This document shows positions 56,194 through 64,000 of a DNA stretch of 64,000 bases, one piece after another. The position numbers and the translations under genes were made by a program. Numbering within the stretch: the stretch's first letter is position 1; every line of letters starts with the position of its first letter. The stretch is from positions 21,684 through 85,683 of the forward strand of contig JACQBW010000008.1 in the NCBI GenBank assembly GCA_016194305.1, written 5' to 3'. Origin of the DNA: Nitrospirota bacterium (lineage in GTDB: Bacteria; Nitrospirota; Nitrospiria; JACQBW01). Below the pieces are notes generated by a model. It had not been told where the DNA came from. It saw only the letters and a list, made by a program, of their open reading frames with translations, and did not search any database.

Positions 56194-57918
56194 ATGTGGC
56201 AATGGAAGAAATGGAAACTACGAACTAAAATACTTGCGAGTTTCGGGCTAATTCTTGCTCTTTCTCTCGTTCTCGCTGTCAATAGTTGGCTGGCAGCAGA
56301 TCATATGTCGATCATTGTCAGCCAGCTTCAGGAAGAGGACTTTCTCCCGTACAATGACGGGAGACAGCTGGATGATGCCCTGACAAGAATCAGCCGTGCT
56401 TTTTCGGATGCCATCAGCTTGGGAAGTGATACCAAGCTGGAGAGGGCAAAGGAAAGCGAAAAGGATTTTATAGCGACCCTCTCCCATTTAAAGAAGATAG
56501 AAAAAAAAGACATTCAATTTGTGGACGAAGTAGAAGTCCTTTTCAAGTCCTATGCCGATTCTGGAAATCTTGTGGTGAGCTCTCTACTTTCCAAGACTCC
56601 TGTGCCCGGGCTTGAACAGGCGAGAGAAACATTCGGACGTAGCAACCAACAGCTCAAAGAGATAATTGGCGGTTTTATAGAAACAAAAGAGAAGGATTTT
56701 AGCTCCAATATCGATAGGGTGAAAAAAACCTCAAGGGCATTTGAAACCAGGATATTTTGGATTGCGGCGGGGATTATCGTCTCGGGATTTGCATTGGCTT
56801 TTCTCATCACGCGTCTGATCATGACCCCACTCAGAAAAGTGCTCGACGGTCTTAAAGATATCGCCCAGGGCGAAGCGGATCTGACCAAGCGGATCCCGGT
56901 CGCTTCCCATGATGAAATGGGAGAGTTGGCGAATCTTTTTAATACCTTTTCCAATAAACTCCAGGGAACGATTTCCGGAGTTGTCGGAGCCACCCATTTA
57001 TTGAACAAGGAATCGGAGAAGCTTTTTACTTTCAGCAGAACGCTGACGACTCATTCCGGAGCGGCGAGCGAGAAGATGAACTTTGTTCATTCTGCCGGCA
57101 AGCAGGCCAATGAGAACATTCAATCGGTCGCGACGGCCGCAGAGGAAATGTCGGCGACGATTAAGGGAATTTCATCAAACCTTCAGGAAGAAACGGCGAT
57201 CACCAATCAAGCAGTCAAGTTGGCGGAGACAACCAATGCTGAAATATCAGGTAATACTGCGGAAACGAGTCGCATCATTTCCAATGCGGTCAAAGTGGCC
57301 GATTCGACGAATCAGGCCATTGCAAAGCTCGGCACTTCCAGTACGGAAATCGGCGAAGTAATTAAGGTCATTACGTCCATTGCCAAGCAGACGAACCTTT
57401 TGGCGCTTAATGCAACGATTGAAGCAGCTCGCGCTGGCGAAGCAGGCAAGGGGTTCGCGGTAGTTGCGAATGAAGTGAAGGAACTGGCCAAGGCCACTGC
57501 GAAGGCCACCGAAGAGATCGGTCAAAAAATCGAGGCCATCCAGTCTGACACGCTTGGAGCCGTTTCTGCGATCGGGGAGATTGGAAAGATCATCAACCAG
57601 ATCAACGAGATTTCAACGACGGGAGCTGAAAGAACGGTGACTTCGATCAGCGGGATTCGAAAAATCGTCGGTCAGATAAATGAAATTTCAACGGCTATTG
57701 CCGGAGCGGTGGAAGAACAGGCAGTGACGACCTCGGAAATGACCCGAACGATTTCAGATGCCGCCCACGGAATGAACGAAATTGTAAAAAGCAATTTGGA
57801 AACGGTCTCTTTGACCCAGGGAACTTCCGATTCCGCAGGGCAGGTGGAATCGGCCGCGAAAGAAGTCTCTCGAATGGCGGGAGAACTGGAATCGCAGGTC
57901 AAAGGATTCAAATGTTAG
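56194..57918 (+). CDS. Methyl-accepting chemotaxis protein (periplasmic helical sensor + HAMP + MA domain)
   Basis: Two TM helices flanking a ~170-aa periplasmic domain; HAMP; highly conserved MCP signalling hairpin ([30 protein letters not shown]). Confidence 0.85.
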   Translation: MWQWKKWKLRTKILASFGLILALSLVLAVNSWLAADHMSIIVSQLQEEDFLPYNDGRQLDDALTRISRAFSDAISLGSDTKLERAKESEKDFIATLSHLKKIEKKDIQFVDEVEVLFKSYADSGNLVVSSLLSKTPVPGLEQARETFGRSNQQLKEIIGGFIETKEKDFSSNIDRVKKTSRAFETRIFWIAAGIIVSGFALAFLITRLIMTPLRKVLDGLKDIAQGEADLTKRIPVASHDEMGELANLFNTFSNKLQGTISGVVGATHLLNKESEKLFTFSRTLTTHSGAASEKMNFVHSAGKQANENIQSVATAAEEMSATIKGISSNLQEETAITNQAVKLAETTNAEISGNTAETSRIISNAVKVADSTNQAIAKLGTSSTEIGEVIKVITSIAKQTNLLALNATIEAARAGEAGKGFAVVANEVKELAKATAKATEEIGQKIEAIQSDTLGAVSAIGEIGKIINQINEISTTGAERTVTSISGIRKIVGQINEISTAIAGAVEEQAVTTSEMTRTISDAAHGMNEIVKSNLETVSLTQGTSDSAGQVESAAKEVSRMAGELESQVKGFKC

Positions 57919-57955
57919 TGAATCGTGTCGAAAGCCGGTATCATGGGTGTTCCAA

Positions 57956-59056
57956 ATGAGCAAACCGATTCAAGTCCTGATTGTGGACGATTCGGTCGTC
58001 ATCAGGCGGAGCGTCTCATCGCTACTCGCAAAAGATTCGGACATTCAGGTTATCGGGACGGCATCCAACGGCAAGATCGCCCTCGAACAAATCGCACTTT
58101 TAAAACCGGAAGTGATTGTTCTTGATCTGGAAATGCCGGAATTGGATGGATTCGGTGTTTTGCGCTATTTAAGGAAAGAATTTCCGCGGATCAAGAGCGT
58201 TGTGTTCAGTACACTCAGTCAGCGGGGCGCTTTTCAGACCATCGAGGCGCTTTCTCTCGGGGCCAGCGACTATTCCACAAAGCCATCCAGTATGGCGGGT
58301 GGGGCGGATGATCTGACACTGGCCAAAGTGTCGGAAGAGTTAATCAGAAAAGTCAAACAATTCCGTACAGCTGGAAATAATCCACTTCTGCCCGAAAAGA
58401 AAAGATTTGAACAGCCCCTTGAATATCCCAAATCCTCCTCTTCCAGTTTAAAAAATGGTCAACCTCCTAAAGTCGTTGCGATTGGCATTTCAACGGGAGG
58501 GCCTGAGGCACTTTTAAAGATGCTTCCCGGCCTCGCGAAGGATGTTCCTGTTCCTATTTTAATCGTTCAGCATATGCCCCCGCTTTTCACAAAGATTCTT
58601 TCGGACCGCTTGGCCACCAGTTGTCAGATTAAAGTCGTCGAAGCGGCAGAGGGGATGAAGGTTGAACGCGGGACGGCCTATATCGCTCCCGGGAACTTTC
58701 ATATGGAAGTCCATCAGGTTAAAGACGATCTTTTTATCACGTTAAATCAGAATCCCCATGAGAATTCATGCAGACCCTCCGCCGACGTTCTTTTCAGGTC
58801 TGTAGCGAAATGTTTTGGTGGGGAATCCATGGGGGTGATTATGACGGGAATGGGACAAGATGGATTCAAAGGTTTAAGAGAAATGAAAGACAAGGGTGCC
58901 GTCATTCTCGCTCAGGACGAAGCGTCGAGTGTTGTTTGGGGAATGCCTTCCTATGTCGTTCGGGATGGCATGGCGGATCAGGTAGTTCCATTGATAAAAA
59001 TGAGTTCTGTGATATCGGGAATCGTGGCCAGGGCCGTTCCCTCCTCGGCACATTAA
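57956..59056 (+). CDS. cheB: Chemotaxis response regulator protein-glutamate methylesterase
   Basis: REC (VLIVDDS...DLEMPELDG) plus methylesterase domain (GISTGGPEAL, HMPP). A GTG at 57947 is the alternative start. Confidence 0.85.
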   Translation: MSKPIQVLIVDDSVVIRRSVSSLLAKDSDIQVIGTASNGKIALEQIALLKPEVIVLDLEMPELDGFGVLRYLRKEFPRIKSVVFSTLSQRGAFQTIEALSLGASDYSTKPSSMAGGADDLTLAKVSEELIRKVKQFRTAGNNPLLPEKKRFEQPLEYPKSSSSSLKNGQPPKVVAIGISTGGPEALLKMLPGLAKDVPVPILIVQHMPPLFTKILSDRLATSCQIKVVEAAEGMKVERGTAYIAPGNFHMEVHQVKDDLFITLNQNPHENSCRPSADVLFRSVAKCFGGESMGVIMTGMGQDGFKGLREMKDKGAVILAQDEASSVVWGMPSYVVRDGMADQVVPLIKMSSVISGIVARAVPSSAH

Positions 59057-59066
59057 ATGAGACAGT

Positions 59067-59882
59067 ATGATTTCAAAAGAGACAAAAGATTTTTTATTTA
59101 CCTGCCTTCATAAGGAAAGTGGCTTGGTTCTGGATGATTCGAAAAGCTATTTGCTTGAAAGCAGGCTTGAACCCTTAGCCGCACAGGAAGGTTTCCACTC
59201 GCTGGAGGAGCTTGGAAAGAAACTCATGAAAGTTCCGTCTCCTTCCCTAATTCAAAAGGTCATTGAGGCGATGACCACCAACGAAACCTCTTTTTTCAGA
59301 GATCGCGTCCCCTTCGATATTTTTAAAAACCAGATTGTTCCCAATCTATTAAAAGCAAATGAAAAAATCAGAAAGATAAGGATTTGGAGCGCATGTTGTT
59401 CCTCGGGACAGGAACCTTATTCAATTTCAATGCTTTTTTCAGATTTTGGTCCGCAAATACAACACTGGGACATCAAAATTTTTGCGACCGATATCGACCA
59501 GAAAGTTTTGCAGCATGCCCAGGCAGGAACTTATACACAGTACGAGGTTCAGCGAGGGCTCCCGATTCACTATCTGACCCGATATTTCACCCGGGCAGAC
59601 ACGGCCTGGACCATGAATCCTGAAGTTCGGAAAAGGATTGAGTTTAAACTTTTGAATTTGTTAACCGATTTTACCTGTTTTGGGATGTTTGATACGATTT
59701 TCTGCCGAAACGTTCTCATTTATTTTGATTTGGATACAAAAAAGAAAATTTTGGAACAGATGGCTAGAATGTTATCGCCCTCAGGGGTCCTCTTTTTGGG
59801 AAGTACGGAAACATCTTTCGGAGTAACCGATAAAATAACAAGAGTTTCGTCAGACAAGGGTCATTATTACAAAAAGGCCTGA
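59067..59882 (+). CDS. cheR: Chemotaxis protein methyltransferase
   Basis: CheR N-terminal helical domain plus AdoMet-dependent MTase (IWSACCSSGQEPYS...FCRNVLIYF). Confidence 0.85.
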   Translation: MISKETKDFLFTCLHKESGLVLDDSKSYLLESRLEPLAAQEGFHSLEELGKKLMKVPSPSLIQKVIEAMTTNETSFFRDRVPFDIFKNQIVPNLLKANEKIRKIRIWSACCSSGQEPYSISMLFSDFGPQIQHWDIKIFATDIDQKVLQHAQAGTYTQYEVQRGLPIHYLTRYFTRADTAWTMNPEVRKRIEFKLLNLLTDFTCFGMFDTIFCRNVLIYFDLDTKKKILEQMARMLSPSGVLFLGSTETSFGVTDKITRVSSDKGHYYKKA

Positions 59883-59960
59883 AAGTTCTTCGGTGCTGCA
59901 TTCCGGGATACATCGGCTTCAAATGGTGTGATGAAATTGAATTAAGAAAGGAGATTCAAT

Positions 59961-60341
59961 ATGGCAGTCGACTTAAACATTAAGATTCTTATTGTCGATG
60001 ATATGTCGACCATGAGGCGAATTGTCAAGAATGCACTTAAACAAATTGGCTTTTCGAATATGGAAGAGGCCGAAGATGGAAATACCGCGCTGGCCAAATT
60101 ACGGGCGGAATCCTTTAATTTTGTTGTTTCGGACTGGAATATGCCTAACATGACCGGCCTCGACCTGCTCAAGGCCATTCGTGCCGATGCGTCTTTGAAG
60201 AGCCTCCCGGTGCTGATGGTGACCGCTGAAGCGAAACAGGAAAATATTGTCGAGGCGGTACAGGCTGGCGTCAGCAATTATATTGTGAAACCTTTTACAG
60301 CCGATACGTTGAAAGAAAAGATTGACAAGATTTTTGCCTGA
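59961..60341 (+). CDS. cheY: Chemotaxis response regulator CheY
   Basis: [15 protein letters not shown]...[16 protein letters not shown]...KPF; 126 aa; RBS aaggag. Confidence 0.85.
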   Translation: MAVDLNIKILIVDDMSTMRRIVKNALKQIGFSNMEEAEDGNTALAKLRAESFNFVVSDWNMPNMTGLDLLKAIRADASLKSLPVLMVTAEAKQENIVEAVQAGVSNYIVKPFTADTLKEKIDKIFA

Positions 60342-60385
60342 TCGCGCCCGGATTCCTCCGCTTCCCACGCTGAAAGAGAGATTGA

Positions 60386-61015
60386 ATGAATTCTCAAAAC
60401 GGTAACCATCCTGATTCCGGACCGATCTATGATTCATTTCCGGGAGGTCTTTACGATGCTCTAGGCAATATTGCAAAGGACCTTAACCAGATTTTAATGA
60501 AACAGGAGATCGTGGAGTCGCATATCAAGACGGCCTCGGAAGATCTTCCGATTTTGAGCGACCAGCTTCTGGATATGAATCGTTTCACGGAAGAGGAAAC
60601 CCATAAAATCCTCGAACATACCGAACGGGTGATGGACAACCATTCCTTGCTTGGGACCAAAATCCGGGAGGCACTGGCCCTTTTTAAAGGGAAGACTTTG
60701 GATGAAGCCGGGGTAGAACAAAGACTTCAGGAAATCGGAAGCGTGATTGAAGAAAACAACAGGATTCTTATGAATATTTTGACCGGTCTCTCTTTCCAGG
60801 ATCTGGCCGGCCAGCGTATGAAAAGAATGGATGTTATTTTGCAAGATTTGCAGGCCAGAATCCTCAAGCTAGTCGTCACCTACGGGATGAAAAAGAAAGA
60901 AGAGAAAGTCAATGGATCCAAGAACAGGGAACTGCTCAATGAGCTGGAATCCTCGACCGGAGTAAAGCTGGCTCAGGGGGAAGTCAATAATATTTTGAAA
61001 GAATTTGGATTTTAG
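60386..61015 (+). CDS. cheZ: CheY-P phosphatase CheZ-like protein
   Basis: 209 aa helical protein with LSFQDLAGQRMKRMD (CheZ catalytic-Gln QDLTGQ-type motif). Position between cheY and motA. Confidence 0.55.
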   Translation: MNSQNGNHPDSGPIYDSFPGGLYDALGNIAKDLNQILMKQEIVESHIKTASEDLPILSDQLLDMNRFTEEETHKILEHTERVMDNHSLLGTKIREALALFKGKTLDEAGVEQRLQEIGSVIEENNRILMNILTGLSFQDLAGQRMKRMDVILQDLQARILKLVVTYGMKKKEEKVNGSKNRELLNELESSTGVKLAQGEVNNILKEFGF

Positions 61016-61021
61016 CCTGAC

Positions 61022-61792
61022 ATGGATATTTTAACGATTCTCGGCGTTGTGGTCGGAATGACCGCTCTTCTCGGAGGCCAGGCGATTGAAGGAGGGAACA
61101 TCCAGTCCCTCCTTCAATTTACTGCCGCGATGATCGTTCTGGGGGGTACGCTTGGAGCGGTAATGGTCCAGTTTACCCTCCCTATCTTTATCCGGTCTAT
61201 CAAGCTCGGGCTGGAGGTTCTGACTTCACCCAAAGACGAATCACTCCATTACATTGAAAAAATGGTGGAGTATTCGGGCATTGTACGAAAACAGGGGATT
61301 CTTGCTTTGGAAAACAAGATTAAGGAGCTGAAGGATCCGTTCATGAAGAAAGGGTTACAGCTCCTGATCGACGGGATTCAACCCGGTCAGATGCGGGAGA
61401 TTCTCGAAGTCGACAGCAGTTTCCGTGAAGAGTATCACCATATGTCGGCCAAGGTATTCGAAGCGGCGGGAGGGTATTGCCCGACTTTTGGAATCATTGG
61501 CGCAGTCATGGGACTGATTCATGTGATGGAAAATCTGGCCGATCCTTCCAAATTGGGTGCCGGAATTGCCGTCGCCTTTGTCGCGACGATTTACGGGGTA
61601 TTGTCGGCCAACCTCATCTTTCTACCGATCGGAAATAAACTCAAACTGAGGGCAAGGCTGGAAACAATCACCTACGAATTAATTATAGAAGGCCTGATGT
61701 CCATTGCGGGGGGTGAAAATCCGCGCATGATGCAAGAAAAGCTGGAAGGGTTCTTGAGGGAAAATCAGAAAATCAAAATGAAAAAGATTTAA
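61022..61792 (+). CDS. motA: Flagellar stator protein MotA/PomA
   Basis: MotA/TolQ/ExbB proton-channel family; 4 TM; PTFGIIGAVMGLI. Confidence 0.85.
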   Translation: MDILTILGVVVGMTALLGGQAIEGGNIQSLLQFTAAMIVLGGTLGAVMVQFTLPIFIRSIKLGLEVLTSPKDESLHYIEKMVEYSGIVRKQGILALENKIKELKDPFMKKGLQLLIDGIQPGQMREILEVDSSFREEYHHMSAKVFEAAGGYCPTFGIIGAVMGLIHVMENLADPSKLGAGIAVAFVATIYGVLSANLIFLPIGNKLKLRARLETITYELIIEGLMSIAGGENPRMMQEKLEGFLRENQKIKMKKI

Positions 61793-61806
61793 GAGAAAGA
61801 TTTCGA

Positions 61807-62583
61807 ATGGCCAAAAAGAAGAAGGCAGAAGAACCTGAGAATGGAGAAAGGTGGCTGATTTCCTATGCCGATTTCATCACGCTGCTATTCGCCTTTTTTG
61901 TCGTGATGTATTCAGTGTCCGCCGTAAACGAAGGAAAATTGAAAGTGCTGGGGGATTCGATTAGCACTGCTTTTAACCCCTTCATTCCCTTTTCAGCGAC
62001 GACAATCAGAATTGTTTCCAATCAGAGCGGTACTAATCCCACCGACCAGGTTTTTGATATCGGTATTTTGACCTATCGAAAATTGAAAGAAGGGATAAAA
62101 GATATTGATAAAGATCAGAGAATCAAGGTTGAAAGCGATGCCAGGGGGTTGGCGATCCGTCTTCCCGACGAATTGATCTTCGAATCGGGAAAAGCCGATA
62201 TCCTTCCCAAGTTTGATCAGACGCTTCAGAAAGTCGCAGCATTGTTGAAAGAGTTGCCCAACCATCTGCAGATTGAAGGACATACCGATAATGTTCCGAT
62301 AAAGACCTCTGCCTTTCCTTCAAACTGGGAGCTTTCGACAATGCGATCGGTAGCCATTCTACGGAGCTTGATTGCAGCTTCGATCGACCCGATTCGATTA
62401 TCAGCAGCTGGTTACGGAGAATTCAAACCGATCTCGACGAATGACACTCCGGAAGGAAGAGCAAAAAACCGGAGAGTGGAAATTATTGTTTTAAATCCCG
62501 GCCGGGAATCGGTCATTCCCGTGGTTGATTCTACGACCATCGCTGAAAGTGGGACACTGCCTGATGCAAAATATTCCAATTAA
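61807..62583 (+). CDS. motB: Flagellar stator protein MotB (OmpA-like peptidoglycan-binding C-terminus)
   Basis: WLISYADFITLLFAFFVVMYS plug/TM region. OmpA-like GHTDNVPI...NWELSTMRSVAILR...NRRVEIIV. Confidence 0.85.
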   Translation: MAKKKKAEEPENGERWLISYADFITLLFAFFVVMYSVSAVNEGKLKVLGDSISTAFNPFIPFSATTIRIVSNQSGTNPTDQVFDIGILTYRKLKEGIKDIDKDQRIKVESDARGLAIRLPDELIFESGKADILPKFDQTLQKVAALLKELPNHLQIEGHTDNVPIKTSAFPSNWELSTMRSVAILRSLIAASIDPIRLSAAGYGEFKPISTNDTPEGRAKNRRVEIIVLNPGRESVIPVVDSTTIAESGTLPDAKYSN

Positions 62584-62896
62584 TTATGCCCAGAAGGGGA
62601 TGATTTTAGCGACGGAGGTATTTCAACCTGGATCGACATCGACCATGCCGGTGTGTGGAAAGGGTGTGGTTCTGACGGAGAGTCTGATTGAAAGAATGGT
62701 CCGGATCGAGATCAAGACGATCTGCGTCGAAGGTCACCCAGTCTCGCTTCCCGGAGAGCTCTCATTGGAAGAACAATTGGCCCTTCTCGATCGGCGATTC
62801 AGAAAAGTTAATGATGTGCCGCGAATGATAGAGATCAAAGAGATGTTCAGGAAGTGCCTCGTCAGATCGAAAGAAGATGAAGTCCCTCATGGGTAA
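62564..62896 (+). CDS. Hypothetical small cytoplasmic protein (start at the internal ATG overlapping the motB end)
   Basis: ORF only; no recognisable motif. Inferred co-transcription with motB and the HDOD gene. Confidence 0.35.
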   Translation: MQNIPINYAQKGMILATEVFQPGSTSTMPVCGKGVVLTESLIERMVRIEIKTICVEGHPVSLPGELSLEEQLALLDRRFRKVNDVPRMIEIKEMFRKCLVRSKEDEVPHG

Positions 62897-63737
62897 TAAG
62901 AGAGAGGAAATTCATCGCGCGATTTCAAATGTGTCCAACCTTCCGACCCTCCCTGGAGTGATTTCAAAACTCAATTCGCTTGTCGAGAACGACCGCTCCT
63001 CAATTGACCAGATGTCCCATGTGATCTCCTCAGATCAGACTTTATCAGCTCGGGTATTGAAGCTGGTTAATTCCCCTTTCTATGGCTTTCCGGGAAGAGT
63101 CTCTACCGTTTCTCATGCCTTGATTCTTCTCGGGGTCAATGTCGTTAAAGGGTTGACGCTCAGTGCGTCAATCTTTGAATTGATGGAAAAACAGGCCGTT
63201 GGGCTATGGGAACATTCGCTGGGGACGGCTGTAATAGCCCGCTTTATTGCCAAAGAACTCGGTCATCCAGACCTCGATTCTGTTTCGACCGCCGCGTTGC
63301 TACACGACATTGGAAGAGTGGTTTTAAAAGTAATGTTTGTCGAGGATTATCAGAAAATTCAGACGCTGATCTCCGCCCGGGATGCGACGATGCTAGAGGT
63401 GGAACAGGAAGTCTTGAATACGGACCACGCTGAAATAGGAAGCTGGCTGGCCCGGGCCTGGAACCTGCCTGAGAAATTGATCGAACCGATCGCCTTTCAT
63501 CATTCCGTAGAACGTGCCAAAGAGCAGAAGACTGTGGCCTCCATCGTTCACCTTTCCGATGTCCTGGTGAAAGGATATGGATTCGGTTTTTCGGGGGACG
63601 AGTTTGTCTCTTCGATCCAACAGGCCGCCTGGGAACATTTGAGTCTAACGGACGAAAAGGTTGAAAAGATCGTAAGCGCCCTGGAAATGGAACTCATGGA
63701 TGCGCGGAGTTTCTCATTCGAAGTCCAGGCAGGATAA
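62877..63737 (+). CDS. HDOD-domain signalling protein
   Basis: LPTLPGVISKLNSL...VISSDQTLSARVLKLVNSPFYGFPGRVSTVSHALILLG...EHSLGTA...LLHDIG (HDOD signature). Confidence 0.7.
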   Translation: MKSLMGNKREEIHRAISNVSNLPTLPGVISKLNSLVENDRSSIDQMSHVISSDQTLSARVLKLVNSPFYGFPGRVSTVSHALILLGVNVVKGLTLSASIFELMEKQAVGLWEHSLGTAVIARFIAKELGHPDLDSVSTAALLHDIGRVVLKVMFVEDYQKIQTLISARDATMLEVEQEVLNTDHAEIGSWLARAWNLPEKLIEPIAFHHSVERAKEQKTVASIVHLSDVLVKGYGFGFSGDEFVSSIQQAAWEHLSLTDEKVEKIVSALEMELMDARSFSFEVQAG

Positions 63738-63740
63738 TTT

Positions 63741-64000
63741 ATGTCACAAAAACTGAGAATTGCTCTGGATCACCGTAATCCGGAAGAAATGGAGATTCTT
63801 CAACTCCGACTCCAGGGAAAGGGTTATCAGGTTATCCCTTTGAATCTTCTCAAGAATGCGATCGGTCTTCTTTATCTGGACCCTCCCGATTTGGTGATTG
63901 TCGATCTCTCCACGGAGATTGCAATACTTCAAACCTTTATTCAGGATCTCAAGAGGGAGAGCTACTTTACTCCAGTCCCGCTGATTGGCCTCATTCCGGA
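63741..64000 (+). CDS. Receiver-like domain protein, 3' partial (runs off window end)
   Basis: ATG at 63741, open to 64000. ...LVIVDLSTEIAILQTF... resembles a REC fold. Confidence 0.4.
   Translation, partial: MSQKLRIALDHRNPEEMEILQLRLQGKGYQVIPLNLLKNAIGLLYLDPPDLVIVDLSTEIAILQTFIQDLKRESYFTPVPLIGLIP

Noticed and set aside
1-64000. Searched by eye for CRISPR arrays, rRNA, tRNA cloverleafs, integrase/transposase genes and sigma-28 (TAAA-N15-GCCGATAA) promoters
   Set aside because: Found no direct-repeat/spacer array, no rRNA-like conserved blocks, no transposase or integrase ORFs and no convincing sigma-28 match. tRNAs cannot be excluded without a tRNAscan-type search, but the intergenic regions longer than 100 bp are explained by the repeat elements and promoters described.

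Overview
This 64-kb bacterial chromosomal window reads as three parts. The organism looks Gram-negative with a single polar flagellum (FlhF/FlhG present); I cannot assign a taxon from sequence alone.

(1) 1-15.4 kb: a large FG-GAP-repeat secreted protein that runs off the 5' end of the window, then a membrane-fused spermidine-synthase-like gene, a HAD hydrolase and a gamma-CA-like protein. prmA, purE and tsaC follow, then a sensor kinase with a sigma-54 enhancer-binding response regulator. These are followed by a textbook sigma-54 promoter driving a small secreted Lys-rich protein, a Lys-tailed lipoprotein and an orphan TadB/TadC-like pair.

(2) 15.5-36 kb: a Hanks-type Ser/Thr kinase, a GT-C membrane glycosyltransferase fused to Sel1 repeats and a polyprenyl-phosphate GT2. 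Then come two orphan Opp-type ABC ATPases, TPR proteins, engB, two SurA/parvulin PPIases and a 1303-aa secreted M6-like metalloprotease with CARDB repeats. mfd and an ADP-heptose cluster (gmhA, hldE domain-II homologue) with an embedded deoxyhypusine-synthase-like gene close this part.

(3) 36.4-64 kb: a large flagellar/chemotaxis locus running fliK through fliA, then cheA-REC through motA and motB. Canonical sigma-54 promoters sit upstream of fliK and fliL.

The most unusual signals are non-coding. A two-copy structured intergenic element (upstream of purE and of the kinase) shows compensatory base changes. A separate family of about 85-bp hairpin-containing repeats has 4-5 copies inserted into intergenic gaps, including three gaps inside the flagellar export-gene operon. 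I found no CRISPR array, rRNA or convincing tRNA.
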